A stretch of 63,982 bases of DNA, counting the filler, from Lenisia limosa (lineage: Eukaryota > Protista > Breviatea), in the NCBI GenBank assembly GCA_001655205.1. It is 18 parts of 18 records of this genome, joined end to end, with 100 filler letters (N's around TTAATTAATTAA, not from the genome) between each part and the next. Parts side by side here need not be neighbours in the genome. Positions count along the whole stretch, not along the records: positions 62,463 to 63,982 come from LPNZ01002680.1; 17 more parts are not named here. The stretch is one strand, 5' to 3'. Shown here piece by piece: positions 63,791 through 63,982 of the stretch. The stretch's first letter is position 1; every line of letters begins with the position of its first letter. A model generated the notes under the pieces. That model was not told the DNA's origin. It was given only the letters and a program-made list of their open reading frames with translations, and did not search any database. The translations under genes and the position numbers were made by a program.

Positions 63791-63982
63791 CCATCACAAA
63801 CATGAGGCTCTTTCAACCGGTAAGCCATTCTGTATTACTTTCACCGGTCAGTTCATTTTTTGAGGAAATTGACCAAACTAAATTAGAAATGGGTTACTTG
63901 TTATAATATATCCCACGTGTAATTTTGAAATTAATCCCTCCCACTCATCGCCATACTCTTCAGTATCTATCATCACTTACTT

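Overview
This is eukaryotic genomic DNA, not prokaryotic. It consists of 18 unlinked scaffolds joined by artificial 100-nt spacers (44 N + TTAATTAATTAA + 44 N), and the scaffolds also contain internal N-gaps. The organism is probably a flagellated protist (kinesin-9 is present), with very intron-dense genes: short GT-AG introns and exons of roughly 10-200 nt. The ORF track is therefore mostly uninformative, and all genes were reconstructed by hand across splice sites. Recognisable genes are a complete KIF6-like kinesin-9, a complete Aa_trans amino-acid transporter, an ACC-synthase-like PLP aminotransferase, GCP4, a family I pyrophosphatase, a HAS1/DDX18-like helicase fragment, a Sec16 C-terminus, a SAP-domain protein, a divergent and partly decayed proteasome beta1, and the non-catalytic C-terminal half of Trm4/NSUN2. 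The rest is multi-exon hypothetical genes, five pogo/DDE_1 transposase relics (two share an intron position) and several families of short intronic repeats, including hAT-type MITEs with 8-bp TSDs. The best leads are (1) a Trm4 C-terminal module with no room for its methyltransferase domain, (2) a repeat that sits in sense orientation at intron 3' ends and supplies the acceptor region, and (3) intron-bearing pogo transposases with a conserved C-terminal tail. No computation or database search was run; homology calls rest on recalled family motifs.
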